Shown: positions 47,444 through 56,809 of the stretch, piece after piece | Numbering within the stretch: position 1 is the stretch's first letter | How the letters are laid out: each line of letters begins with the position of its first letter | Source: Gemmatimonadales bacterium | GTDB taxonomy: Bacteria; Gemmatimonadota; Gemmatimonadetes; Gemmatimonadales; GWC2-71-9 | NCBI GenBank assembly: GCA_038321865.1 | Contig: JBBQFH010000005.1 | Coordinates: 1 to 64,000 of the forward strand | Direction of reading: 5' to 3' | DNA: 64,000 bases | The notes under the pieces: model-generated | What the model was told of the DNA's origin: nothing | The model's input: only the letters and a program-made list of their open reading frames with translations | Database searches by the model: none | Position numbers and translations under genes: made by a program

Positions 47444-47661
47444 GGTCAGTCCACTCCGTTAAGAGTCGGGGCGCGCCCTCGTGGCGCGAGAGCCAAGGTA
47501 CGATGGTGTCGCCCATTCACAAGAGACTGATCGCCCTGCACCGGAGGGTGGGGTTGTGGCGGGACCGCCCGGAACGGTACTGTAGGACGGCGGACTGCAA
47601 ACCTCTCTCGAGAAACGTGCGTGAGGGCCGAGGCCGCGTTCATCCAGGAGAATCTCGATTA

Positions 47662-48507
47662 ATGGACCCCAGCGCTTCCCCCAACGCCGCCTTCGTCGGG
47701 TCCATCCCCGAGTACTATCACCGGCACCTCGGGCCGCTCCTCTTCGCGGACTACGCGGCCGACCTCGCGGCGCGGATGCGCTTCGCCGAGGGGCGCGGGT
47801 CGGCGGTGCTGGAGCTGGCAGCCGGCACCGGCATCCTCACCCAGCAGGTGCTCGCGCGGCTGCCGGAGGGCGCCACACTGACCGCGACCGACCTGAACGC
47901 GCCGATGCTCGACGTGGCCCGGCACCGGCTCGGGACCACCGGCCGAGGGGAAGGGGTGACCTGGCAGGTGGCGGACGCCACGGCGCTTCCCTTTCCGGAT
48001 TCGGCGTTCGATGTCGTCGTCTGCCAGTTCGGCGTCATGTTTTTCCCCGACAAGCCACGCGCGGCCGGCGAGGCGTTCCGCGTGCTTCGGCCCGGCGGCC
48101 AATGGCTGCTGAACGTCTGGGGCTCGTGGGACGAGAACCCCTTCGCGCGCATCGTGCATGAGACGATCGCCCGTTTCTTTCCCGACGATCCGCCCGGGTT
48201 TTACCGGGTGCCGTTCGGCTTTTCCGATCCCGCCGGGCTCGAGGCGATGACCAAGGGGGCGGGGTTCGCGCGCCTGGAGCTGGTGACGCTGGACCGCCTC
48301 GTCGAAGCGCCGTCGGCCGCCGACGCCGCGCTGGGCCTGGTGCTCGGCAATCCCGTGATCACGGCAATCGAGGAGCGTGCCACCGCCAATTCGCCGGAAA
48401 TCGTGTGGGCGGTCGCGGAGGCGCTGGCGCGCGCCTTCGGCGATCACCCGCTGCGATTGCCGACCAGGGTCCGGGTCATGTCCGCCACGCGGCCGCAGCA
48501 TGGCTGA
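47662..48507 (+). CDS. Class I SAM-dependent methyltransferase
   Basis: VLELAAGTG, ATDLNAPML, DATALPFPDSAFD, CQFGVMFFPD and RVLRPGG. Confidence 0.92.
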   Translation: MDPSASPNAAFVGSIPEYYHRHLGPLLFADYAADLAARMRFAEGRGSAVLELAAGTGILTQQVLARLPEGATLTATDLNAPMLDVARHRLGTTGRGEGVTWQVADATALPFPDSAFDVVVCQFGVMFFPDKPRAAGEAFRVLRPGGQWLLNVWGSWDENPFARIVHETIARFFPDDPPGFYRVPFGFSDPAGLEAMTKGAGFARLELVTLDRLVEAPSAADAALGLVLGNPVITAIEERATANSPEIVWAVAEALARAFGDHPLRLPTRVRVMSATRPQHG

Positions 48508-49669
48508 CGCGCCGGCCGCGCGGACGCGCCTCGAAGCGGTCGACGTCGTCCGCGGCGTCATCATGATCATCATGGCGCTCGATCACACACGGGATTACTT
48601 CGGTATTCCGGGCCAGAATCCCACCAATCTCGCCACCGCTTCCGCGGCGCTGTTCCTCACGCGCTGGATCACCTTTTTCTGCGCGCCCGTCTTCTTTCTG
48701 CTGACCGGCACCGGCGCCTATCTGGCGCTGCGGCGGAAGACGCGGGCCGAGCTGTCCCGATTTCTGGTGACGCGCGGACTCTGGCTGATCGTCGTCGAGC
48801 TGGTGCTGATGCGGTGTCTCGCCTACCAGTTCAACTTCGACTATCGCGTCACCATGCTGCTCGTCCTCTGGGCGCTCGGCTGGGCGATGATCGCGCTTTC
48901 GGCGCTCATGTGGCTGCCCGCGTCCATCGTCACCACGATCGGCGTGGTGCTGATGGCCGGGCACAACCTCCTGGACTCCATCCGGTCCACCAATCCGCTC
49001 TGGGCCATTCTGCATCAGCCGGGCTTCGTGCTCAACACGCCGGCGCACGTCGTGTTCGCCGCGTACCCGCTGATTCCGTGGATCGGCGTCACCGCAGTGG
49101 GCTATGGCCTGGGACAGGTATACCGGTGGGATCAGGCGCGCCGCAGGACGCTGCTCCTCCGCCTGGGCATCGCGCTGACGGTCGCGTTCTTCGTGGTGCG
49201 CGGCATCAACGTCTACGGCGACCCGTCCCGCTGGGCCGCGCAGAAGACGTCCCTGTTCACCGTGCTGTCGTTCCTGAACGTCACCAAGTATCCGCCCTCG
49301 CTGTCGTTCCTGCTGATGACGCTGGGGCCGGCGCTGATCTTCCTTTGGGCGGTGGACCGGCGGGTACCGCCAGCGCTGCGCCCGGCGGTCGTGATCGGTC
49401 GGGTGCCGATGTTCTACTACATGATCCACTTCGCGCTGATCCACCTGCTTGCGGTCATCGTCTGCCATGCGCGCTACGGCTCGGCCCACTGGATGTTCCA
49501 GTCACCCGATCTGGGTAACTACCCGTTCACCCCGCCGCCGGGATGGGGCTGGTCACTGCCGGTGGTCTATCTGGTCTGGGCACTCGTGGTGACGGCGATG
49601 TACCCGCTGTGCCGGTGGTTCGCGGGTGTCAAGCAGCGGCGGAGCGACGCCTGGCTGAGCTACCTGTAA
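48500..49669 (+). CDS. DUF1624 / HGSNAT-like membrane acyltransferase domain protein
   Basis: DVVRGVIMIIMALDHTRD, TRWITFFCAP, KYPPSL and FYYMIH; multiple TM segments. Confidence 0.88.
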   Translation: MADAPAARTRLEAVDVVRGVIMIIMALDHTRDYFGIPGQNPTNLATASAALFLTRWITFFCAPVFFLLTGTGAYLALRRKTRAELSRFLVTRGLWLIVVELVLMRCLAYQFNFDYRVTMLLVLWALGWAMIALSALMWLPASIVTTIGVVLMAGHNLLDSIRSTNPLWAILHQPGFVLNTPAHVVFAAYPLIPWIGVTAVGYGLGQVYRWDQARRRTLLLRLGIALTVAFFVVRGINVYGDPSRWAAQKTSLFTVLSFLNVTKYPPSLSFLLMTLGPALIFLWAVDRRVPPALRPAVVIGRVPMFYYMIHFALIHLLAVIVCHARYGSAHWMFQSPDLGNYPFTPPPGWGWSLPVVYLVWALVVTAMYPLCRWFAGVKQRRSDAWLSYL

Positions 49670-49697
49670 TCGTCCTTCCCGCACCATCGGAGCCGGT

Positions 49698-49970
49698 ATG
49701 GAACCCACGACCGCATTCGTGCTCGGCGCGCTGATCGCGTCGGTGAAGGGGATCGGACTGGTCGCCATCGGGGCCGGCATCGCCTGGTGGCGCGCCCGGC
49801 GCCGGGTTCGCGAGCTGGAAGCGCAGCTGGCGGCCGCCGCCCTGCCGGACGGCGGCGATCTTGCCCGGCTCGAGCAGGGTATCGACTATCTCGGCGGCCG
49901 GATGAATACACTGGCCGAGCAGCAGCAGACCCTCCTCCGACGCCTTTCCCCCGGCGGCGAGGGTCCATGA
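49698..49970 (+). CDS. Small membrane-anchored coiled-coil protein
   Basis: TM segment followed by LARLEQGIDYLGGRMNTLAEQQQTLLRRL. Confidence 0.65.
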   Translation: MEPTTAFVLGALIASVKGIGLVAIGAGIAWWRARRRVRELEAQLAAAALPDGGDLARLEQGIDYLGGRMNTLAEQQQTLLRRLSPGGEGP

Positions 49971-50072
49971 GAACGGCGATTCAGTTGCCCCCGCCCATTC
50001 CAGGGCGTACGTTATCGGCGCCCTTCCGTTCCTGATCCGTCTCTGCCACTCTCCGTAACCTGGGAGCACGAC

Positions 50073-50552
50073 ATGCGTAGCCTCGCAGTGTGCTGTGCCG
50101 TGGTCGTCACTGCTGCGTGCGCCAAAGGCGAGCAGAAACCCACCATGGATTCGACGGCGACCGCACCGGTCACGGCGGCTCCCGCCCCGCCGGCCCCGGC
50201 GCCGGTCTCGCTCGCCAGCGTCGCCGGCACCTGGAACATGCGGACGATGGCGGCCGGCAGCGACAGCGTGCTGGTGAGCTACCAGATGGTCGCGACAGCC
50301 GACACCACGGGCTGGGCCTTCCACTTCCCCAAGCGCGCGCCGGTCGCCATTCGCATCCTGTCCGTCGCGGGCGACAGCATCGTCACCGAGTCCGGCCCCT
50401 ACCAGAGCGTGCTGCGCAACGGCGCCAAGGTGACAACCAACAGCGTGATGCGCCTGCAGGACGGCAAGCTGATCGGCAGCACGGTCGCCCATTACACCAG
50501 CGGCCCCGATACGGTGCGGAACCTCCGGACCGAAGGCACGCGCGCGCCGTAA
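50073..50552 (+). CDS. Hypothetical lipoprotein
   Basis: GGAG RBS, lipobox TAAC, Pro/Ala linker, beta-rich domain. Confidence 0.75.
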   Translation: MRSLAVCCAVVVTAACAKGEQKPTMDSTATAPVTAAPAPPAPAPVSLASVAGTWNMRTMAAGSDSVLVSYQMVATADTTGWAFHFPKRAPVAIRILSVAGDSIVTESGPYQSVLRNGAKVTTNSVMRLQDGKLIGSTVAHYTSGPDTVRNLRTEGTRAP

Positions 50553-50580
50553 GCGGGACTGGATACGCGGGAGGCCACTC

Positions 50581-50985
50581 GTGCTGGTCCACGGCCTGAC
50601 GCCGATTCTCAACGTATCGAACCTCACGCAGAGCTTCGAGTGGTTCGCGAAGCTGGGCTGGACCAGGTGCTGGGACTGGGGCGACCCACCGAGCTTCGGT
50701 TCGGTCCAGAACGGCACGATCCAGATCTTCCTCTGCCTGGATGGACAGGGCTGCCGAGGCGGGCCGTCTCCCCGCTTTGCGGGAGACGATGAAACGGGCG
50801 GCACCTGGATGAGCTGGTGGGTCGACTCACCGGCGGCGGTGGATGCAGCACACGCGGCCGCGCTCGCCGCCGGCGTGACCGTCACCTGGCCGCCGACCGA
50901 TGAACCATGGGGGGTGCGTGAATGTCATGTTCGACATCCCGACGGTCACACCTTCCGCGTGAGCGCATCATTGGAGGAGGAGTGA
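50581..50985 (+). CDS. VOC/bleomycin resistance family protein
   Basis: LTPILNV, WGDPPSFG and PTDEPWGVRECHVRHPDGH. Confidence 0.88.
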   Translation: MLVHGLTPILNVSNLTQSFEWFAKLGWTRCWDWGDPPSFGSVQNGTIQIFLCLDGQGCRGGPSPRFAGDDETGGTWMSWWVDSPAAVDAAHAAALAAGVTVTWPPTDEPWGVRECHVRHPDGHTFRVSASLEEE

Positions 50986-52205
50986 TCCAGCGCGCCCTGG
51001 CGATCGCGGTCCTCGCCGTGGGCCCCGCGGCTGGCACGGCCCAGGCCCAGCACCCGGCGCCGTTCCTGTATGTGTGGAGCGGCGACGCCGACAGGACCGA
51101 CAGCGATTTCCTCGCGGTCATAGACGCGCGGCCCGGGTCGCCGACGTATGCGCGCGTAATCTCGACCCTGCCGGTCGGCGCGCGGGCGACCGGTCCCCAC
51201 CACACCGAGCACCAGCTCGAGCGCGACCAGCTGCTGTTCGCCAACGGATTCGGTTCCGGTCGCACCTTCCGCTTCGACCTGACCCACCCCGGCCAGCCTC
51301 GGCTGCTCGGCTCCTTCACCGAAGAGGGCGGGTTCAATCATCCGCATTCGTTCGTGCGGCTGGCCAACGGACACCTGCTGGCCACCTTTCAGGGCCACGG
51401 TCCGAAGAACACTCCGCCCGGCGGACTGGTCGAGCTCGATCGCGAGGGCCGCTTCATTCGCGGCACCAGCGCCCGCTCCGCCGCGTTCGACAGCACCCAG
51501 CTGCGGCCGTACAGTCTGGCCGTACTGCCGGCGATCGACCGCGTCGTGTCCACCAGCACCGACATGACCGGCGATTTCGGCGCGCATCTCCAGATCTGGC
51601 GCCTGTCCGACCTCAGCCTGCTCCGGACCGTCGAGCTGCCGGCCACCGCCGCGAACGACGGCCATGTCCACGACGGCGCGATCAGCCCGCACGAGGATCA
51701 CCATCTCTTCCCCGGCGAGCCGCGCCTCCTCGCCGATGGCCGGACCGTGCTCCTCGCCACCTTCACCTGTGGCTTCTACCGGGTGACCGACATCGCCGCG
51801 CCCAGCCCCCACGTAGAGTTTCTCCGCGCCTTCGCCGGCGAGAACTGCGCGGTGCCGCTGCTGGTCGGTTCCACCTGGATTCAGACGGTGCCCGACGAGC
51901 ATGCCCTCATCACGCTCGATGTCTCCGACCCGGGCCGTCCACGGGAAACCGGTCGCGTCGTCTTCGATTCCCTGTTCGCGCCCCACTGGATGGCGTACGA
52001 CGCAGGCGGATCCCGCCTCGTCGTGAACGATGCCAAGACCCGCCTGTTCATCGTCGCGCTCGACCGCCGGACGGGCAGTCTCCGGATCGATGAGACGTTT
52101 CGTGATTCGGCGGCCGCGGTGGCCGGCGTCAGCTTCGCGCGCGCCCAGTGGCCGCACGGCGCCACCGGCCCCGCCGTGCCCCACGGTTCGGTGTTCGCAC
52201 GCTGA
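50982..52205 (+). CDS. Secreted His-rich beta-propeller, selenium-binding protein (SBP56)-like
   Basis: Signal peptide, DFLAVIDARPGSPTYARVI, PHHTEH, HPHSF, GGLVELD, PHWM and WPHG...PHGSVF. Confidence 0.7.
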   Translation: MIQRALAIAVLAVGPAAGTAQAQHPAPFLYVWSGDADRTDSDFLAVIDARPGSPTYARVISTLPVGARATGPHHTEHQLERDQLLFANGFGSGRTFRFDLTHPGQPRLLGSFTEEGGFNHPHSFVRLANGHLLATFQGHGPKNTPPGGLVELDREGRFIRGTSARSAAFDSTQLRPYSLAVLPAIDRVVSTSTDMTGDFGAHLQIWRLSDLSLLRTVELPATAANDGHVHDGAISPHEDHHLFPGEPRLLADGRTVLLATFTCGFYRVTDIAAPSPHVEFLRAFAGENCAVPLLVGSTWIQTVPDEHALITLDVSDPGRPRETGRVVFDSLFAPHWMAYDAGGSRLVVNDAKTRLFIVALDRRTGSLRIDETFRDSAAAVAGVSFARAQWPHGATGPAVPHGSVFAR

Positions 52206-52241
52206 CCAGGCCCCGGCGCTACCGCGAGATCGACGACCCGT

Positions 52242-54146
52242 TCAGCGTGCCCGCGGTGCCGCACCCCAGCGGTTGTTCGTACTGTCCGCGTCCATCCAGA
52301 TCCCTCCCGCCAGCGCCACCGACGTGATCCGCTTCTTCGTCGGAATCACGACAGTCGTGCGCCGAGGGTTCGCCTTCCACACGGCTGCGCTCTGTCGCAG
52401 GGTGGCCGACGAGCCGTCGCTGTAGCCGACGTTCAGATCCACTGGCGCCGGCATCCCCCCGACGTTGTCGATCACGACCTGCCATCCGCGGGCGGTCCGG
52501 GTCACCCCTCCGACCGCGAAATCGATGTAGCTGGTGCTGAAGAACCACCCCTGCCAGAACCAGTCCAGGTTCCGGCCGGTGGCGCTGTTGAATGAATTGA
52601 AGAAGTCCCACGGAATAGGGTGCTTGCCGTGCCAGCGGTCCATGTACGCGTGAAGTCCTGCACGAAACAGTGAGTCGCCCAGCATCTCTTTGAGGGCGAG
52701 GTAACCCAGGGCCGGCTTGACGTAGCCGTTGTCGCCGGAGGCGTACGGCGTGACGATGGGGAGCTCGTCCTGGATCGGCGGGTTGTAGGTCCAGCCGTCG
52801 ACCCGGAACTGGCGGAAATTGTCGGCGGCCTTGGCAGGCCCCAGGTCGGCCTGCGACACCAGGTACTCGAAGGTCGTGGCCCACCCCTCGTCCATAAAGG
52901 CGTGGCGGGTTTCGTTGATGCCCATGTAGAAGGGGAACCAGGTGTGCGCGATCTCGTGCTCGGCGACGAAGCGCGAGAATGTCGTATCCGCGTAGCTCTC
53001 GTCGTTCACCATCATCGGGTATTCCATCCCGGCAAATCCCTCGACGACCGTGGTCTTCTCGTACGGGTACGGGACGCCGGGCCAGTTGCGCGAGAGCCAC
53101 TGGAGCCCGTGCGCCGCATAGCGCGCCATCTGGTGGTAGTCGGCCGCGGTGTCGTTGTAGGCCGCCTGCGCACTGGCCCGGCGGCCCGTCGCATCGTCCA
53201 CGACGACGCTCGTGGCGTCCCAGTCGTAGTGGTCACTCATGGCGAAGGTCATGTCGGGAACGTTGGTGGCCGTGAAGTGCCATGCGTTCATCGCCTGCTG
53301 CGCGGTAACGCGCCTGGCCGACAGATCGGCCGCCGTCGCGACACGAATCGTCGTATCCGAGGTGAGCGACTGTCGCAGCCGCTCCGCGATCGCGGGCTGG
53401 AGTACGTCCGCCGGATTCTGCAGCGTGCCGGTGCCCCAGACGACATAGTTGGCCGGCGCCTGCACCGTCACGTCGTAGTCGTTGAAGTCGCTGTAGAACT
53501 CGAGCCGGTCGTCGAACGAATAGGTGTCCCAGCCGTTGTAGTCGTCATAGACGGCGACGCGGGGATAGAAGTAGGCCAGGTAGAACGTCGTCGAATCGAT
53601 GGCCCCCTCCCGCCCGCTCTGCCGCGACATGTCGTAGTGCCACGCGAGGGCGAGATGCACCGAATCGTGCGGCATGAGCGGCGCGGGAAGGGCGACGAAC
53701 TGGCTGGTGAACACGTTGGCGTCCGGGGGCCACGCGGCCTTGTGGCCGTTCGCCGCGAAGGAGTCCACGTGGACGCCGGAGGTGAGGTAGTCGGCACCGG
53801 CGTTTCCGGCCCGTGCGGCCCCCGGCTTGTGGATGTTGACCAGCAGCTTGAACACCAGTCGCCGCAGCGTGTCCGGACTGTTGTTCGTGTACACGATCTG
53901 CTCGGTCCCGTAAATGGCCCGCGCCGGCGGCGCGGCCGTCACCGTGATGGTGTAGCGACCATGGTTCTGCCAGTAGGCGGCGCCGGGCCGGCCGTCGGGG
54001 GACCGCGTGTGCCGGACATAGGCGCGCTTCACGGCGCGCGGCTGGTACAGCGCCTGGGCAGTGGCTTCCTGCGCAGACAGGGCGGCGAGCAGCCCGATCA
54101 GTCCAAGGACCGTGAGGACGCTGGCGGATCGTGAGAGGCGGATCAT
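52242..54146 (-). CDS. M1 family metallopeptidase (secreted)
   Basis: DGRPGAAYWQN, GMEYPM, HEIAHTWF, MDEG and YVKP. ATG start at 54146. Confidence 0.93.
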   Translation of the reverse strand: MIRLSRSASVLTVLGLIGLLAALSAQEATAQALYQPRAVKRAYVRHTRSPDGRPGAAYWQNHGRYTITVTAAPPARAIYGTEQIVYTNNSPDTLRRLVFKLLVNIHKPGAARAGNAGADYLTSGVHVDSFAANGHKAAWPPDANVFTSQFVALPAPLMPHDSVHLALAWHYDMSRQSGREGAIDSTTFYLAYFYPRVAVYDDYNGWDTYSFDDRLEFYSDFNDYDVTVQAPANYVVWGTGTLQNPADVLQPAIAERLRQSLTSDTTIRVATAADLSARRVTAQQAMNAWHFTATNVPDMTFAMSDHYDWDATSVVVDDATGRRASAQAAYNDTAADYHQMARYAAHGLQWLSRNWPGVPYPYEKTTVVEGFAGMEYPMMVNDESYADTTFSRFVAEHEIAHTWFPFYMGINETRHAFMDEGWATTFEYLVSQADLGPAKAADNFRQFRVDGWTYNPPIQDELPIVTPYASGDNGYVKPALGYLALKEMLGDSLFRAGLHAYMDRWHGKHPIPWDFFNSFNSATGRNLDWFWQGWFFSTSYIDFAVGGVTRTARGWQVVIDNVGGMPAPVDLNVGYSDGSSATLRQSAAVWKANPRRTTVVIPTKKRITSVALAGGIWMDADSTNNRWGAAPRAR

Positions 54147-54249
54147 GGGCGATCGCTTTCGGCTCTGAAGGCGGCGGCGGACGGACGACCTCATCAAGTG
54201 TAGCGGAGACGGGTGGATCCTACGTGTCCGAAAGGAATTGGTTGCAGGA

Positions 54250-55698
54250 CTAGGCGACGGTGCCGCCGGCCGCGCGCGCGATGCCGCGCAGCATGCCGCG
54301 AAACACCAGTTCGTGGACCGGGTACAGGGCATACCAGTAGAGCCTGCCGGTCAGGCCCGACGGGTCGAAGGTGGCGGTTTGCCTGATCGTCGTCGTCGAG
54401 CCGTGGCCGACGACCTCGAACTCGAGCCACGCGCGGCCCGGCAGCTTCATCTCCGCCACCAGCCGGAGCCGCCGGTTCGGCTCGATCGCCTCGACGCGCC
54501 AGAAGTCGACCGGATCGCCGGCTCGGAGCGTCGACCGCGCCGGACGGCCGCGCCGCATCCCCACACCCCCGCCCAGCAGGTCCAGTGCGCCGCGCAGCCG
54601 CCAGAGCCAGTTCCAGGCGTACCACCCAGTATCACCTCCGATGCGCTCGATGGCACGAAAGGCCACGTCAGGCATCACGGCGACCACCGCACTGCGCGAG
54701 TCGCTCAGCCGCGCGTCTGGCGTCGCGTCGCTCCCGACCCGCGGTGCTCCAGCCGAAGACACGGCATCGTACCATCGCGTCTCGGCAGCGGCCTTCGCGT
54801 CACTTGCGATGGCGCGCCGCACCGCCTCCTCGACGCCGACCGGCCGGATGGCGAAGGCCGTCAGCGCTTCGGGATCCCGGACAACGGTGGAATGCACGAT
54901 GCTTTCGATGAGCTTGCGTCCGATGCGGGCGTACAGCGGGGTCACCAGGCCGAGCCAGAGGCTGGACACGAACGGCGTCAGCACGGGCACCGGAATCATG
55001 TGGCAGGGAAGCCCTCGCAGGCGGGCATAGACCCGCATGATATCGGCGTAGGACACCTGGTCGGCACCGCCTATCTCGTAGACCCGGCATTGGCGGGCCG
55101 AGAGGTTCAGCGCGAGCACCAGGTAGTCGAGGAGGTCGTCGATCGCGATCGGCTGGGCCGGCACCTTGACCCATCGCGGCGTGATCATCACCGGCAGGCG
55201 CTCGACCAGCGCGCGAATCATCTCGAACGACAAGCTATTCGATCCGATGACGATCGAGGCGCGAAACTCGACGACCGGAATGCCGGAGGCGCTCAGGATG
55301 CGGCCGACTTCGTGGCGGCTCCGGAGATGCGCCGACAGCCGCTCCTCCTCCCGTCCGAGTCCGCCGAGATAGATGATCCGCTCCACGCCGGCCGCCTTTG
55401 CCGCGGCGGCGAAATTGGTCGCCGCCTGCCGGTCGGCGGCTTCGAACGAGCCAGTTGCGCCCATCGAGTGCACGAGATAGTAGGCAACGGAGACACCCGT
55501 GAGCGCCGCGTCCAGGCTTGCGCGATCGAGCACGTCGCCGGCGACGATCTCGGTGGATGACTGCACCCGATGAGCCAGCACTTCCGGCCGGCGCGCCAGG
55601 CAGCGCAGCCGCGGGCCGCGGGCCTCGAGGCGCGCGAGCAGGCGTCCGCCGACGTAACCGGTGGCACCGGTCAGGAGGATGAGGGGCGAATCGGGCAC
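54250..55698 (-). CDS. SDR family oxidoreductase with DUF2867 (YbjT-like)
   Basis: LTGATGYVGGRL, YYLVHSM, HLRSRHEV, RIGGDTGWY and AEMKLPGRAWLEF. GTG start at 55698. Confidence 0.92.
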   Translation of the reverse strand: MPDSPLILLTGATGYVGGRLLARLEARGPRLRCLARRPEVLAHRVQSSTEIVAGDVLDRASLDAALTGVSVAYYLVHSMGATGSFEAADRQAATNFAAAAKAAGVERIIYLGGLGREEERLSAHLRSRHEVGRILSASGIPVVEFRASIVIGSNSLSFEMIRALVERLPVMITPRWVKVPAQPIAIDDLLDYLVLALNLSARQCRVYEIGGADQVSYADIMRVYARLRGLPCHMIPVPVLTPFVSSLWLGLVTPLYARIGRKLIESIVHSTVVRDPEALTAFAIRPVGVEEAVRRAIASDAKAAAETRWYDAVSSAGAPRVGSDATPDARLSDSRSAVVAVMPDVAFRAIERIGGDTGWYAWNWLWRLRGALDLLGGGVGMRRGRPARSTLRAGDPVDFWRVEAIEPNRRLRLVAEMKLPGRAWLEFEVVGHGSTTTIRQTATFDPSGLTGRLYWYALYPVHELVFRGMLRGIARAAGGTVA

Positions 55699-55824
55699 AG
55701 CGCAATGTACCCGGCGGCGGCGATCGGCGGGGAATGGCTGAGTGTGGCCACTATCACCGCATCCGCGGGTCGCATACGGCCACCTTGTGAAGGTATGTCG
55801 ATCCATCACCCTTCGGAGGTCATT

Positions 55825-56733
55825 ATGTCCCGCTTTTGCATGCATGCAGCACGCGTGGCCGCCGTGGCGATCGTCGCCCTGGTGATACCGCGCCATTCGG
55901 CGCAGGCGCAGGAGGCCCGCATGACCTGCGGCAGCACCTCCGACGTGCAGCAGACCTGCCGGACCAACAACTACATCACCGCGGCTCGGGTGGAGCGGGA
56001 CCTCAACGGGAACCGCTGCCGCCAGGGCTCGACCTGGGGCTTCAACAGCACGTCGATCTGGACCAACTCCGGCTGCCAGGCCGATTTCATTGTGACCTAC
56101 GGCAACGGCGGCGTCGGGGCGGGCTCGGGCGTTGCCGGCACCACGCGCACGATCCGCTGCGGCGACTCGCACGGCGCGCTCGTACAGTGCAGCACCGGCG
56201 GCGGAGCCAGCAGCGTCCGCCTGAAGAGTCAGCAGCTGATGGGCGCGTGCCGCGAAGGCACCAGCTGGGGGTTCACCGATGCCTACGTCTGGACCAGCAA
56301 GATGTGCATCGGCGATTTCGAAGTGACCTACAACGGCCAGCCCACCGTCTATTCGAACGGCAACGTACCGGGCGGCGTGATCCAGAATGGCACCGCGGGC
56401 ACGCGTATCATTACCTGCGGGGCCGGCACCGCCAACGCGAACGGCGGGTACGGAGTCGATAACGGCAACGGCAACGGCAACGGCAATGGTAACGGCAACG
56501 GCAACGGTAACGGCAACGGCAACCGCGGCTACGGCAACGGCAACGGTCGGGGGAATACCTTCTCCTGCGATGCCGGCGGCCGAATTGCGAGCGCGCGTCT
56601 GGTCCGGTCGGATAACGCACGGCGCTGCCGGCTGGGCAACAGCTGGGGCTTCACCCGGCGGCAGATCTGGACCAAGGCAGGGTGCCGTGGGGATTTCGAA
56701 GTCACCTACGCGGGCCAGTATCGCAATCAGTAG
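55825..56733 (+). CDS. Secreted DUF3011-repeat protein
   Basis: Signal peptide and three Cys-patterned repeats (C.QGSTWG...IWT..GC.ADF), with a GN-repeat insertion in the third. Confidence 0.85.
   Translation: MSRFCMHAARVAAVAIVALVIPRHSAQAQEARMTCGSTSDVQQTCRTNNYITAARVERDLNGNRCRQGSTWGFNSTSIWTNSGCQADFIVTYGNGGVGAGSGVAGTTRTIRCGDSHGALVQCSTGGGASSVRLKSQQLMGACREGTSWGFTDAYVWTSKMCIGDFEVTYNGQPTVYSNGNVPGGVIQNGTAGTRIITCGAGTANANGGYGVDNGNGNGNGNGNGNGNGNGNGNRGYGNGNGRGNTFSCDAGGRIASARLVRSDNARRCRLGNSWGFTRRQIWTKAGCRGDFEVTYAGQYRNQ
56461..56546 (+). repeat. (AACGGC)n hexanucleotide repeat encoding (Asn-Gly)n
   Basis: About 10 tandem units from 56461 with a few synonymous variants (AATGGT, AACGGT), then further units after NRGYG. 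Confidence 0.9.
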
Positions 56734-56809
56734 ACCCGCCGGGCTCGCGGCCGTCGCATCGGGGCGTTCCCGGTGCGGCGGCCGACGGCGCCGGGCACTA
56801 CCTTCCAGC

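Noticed and set aside
47444..47661. Riboswitch or gene remnant in the dinB-methyltransferase gap
   Set aside because: No recognisable riboswitch consensus or supportable ORF; most likely a divergent promoter region.
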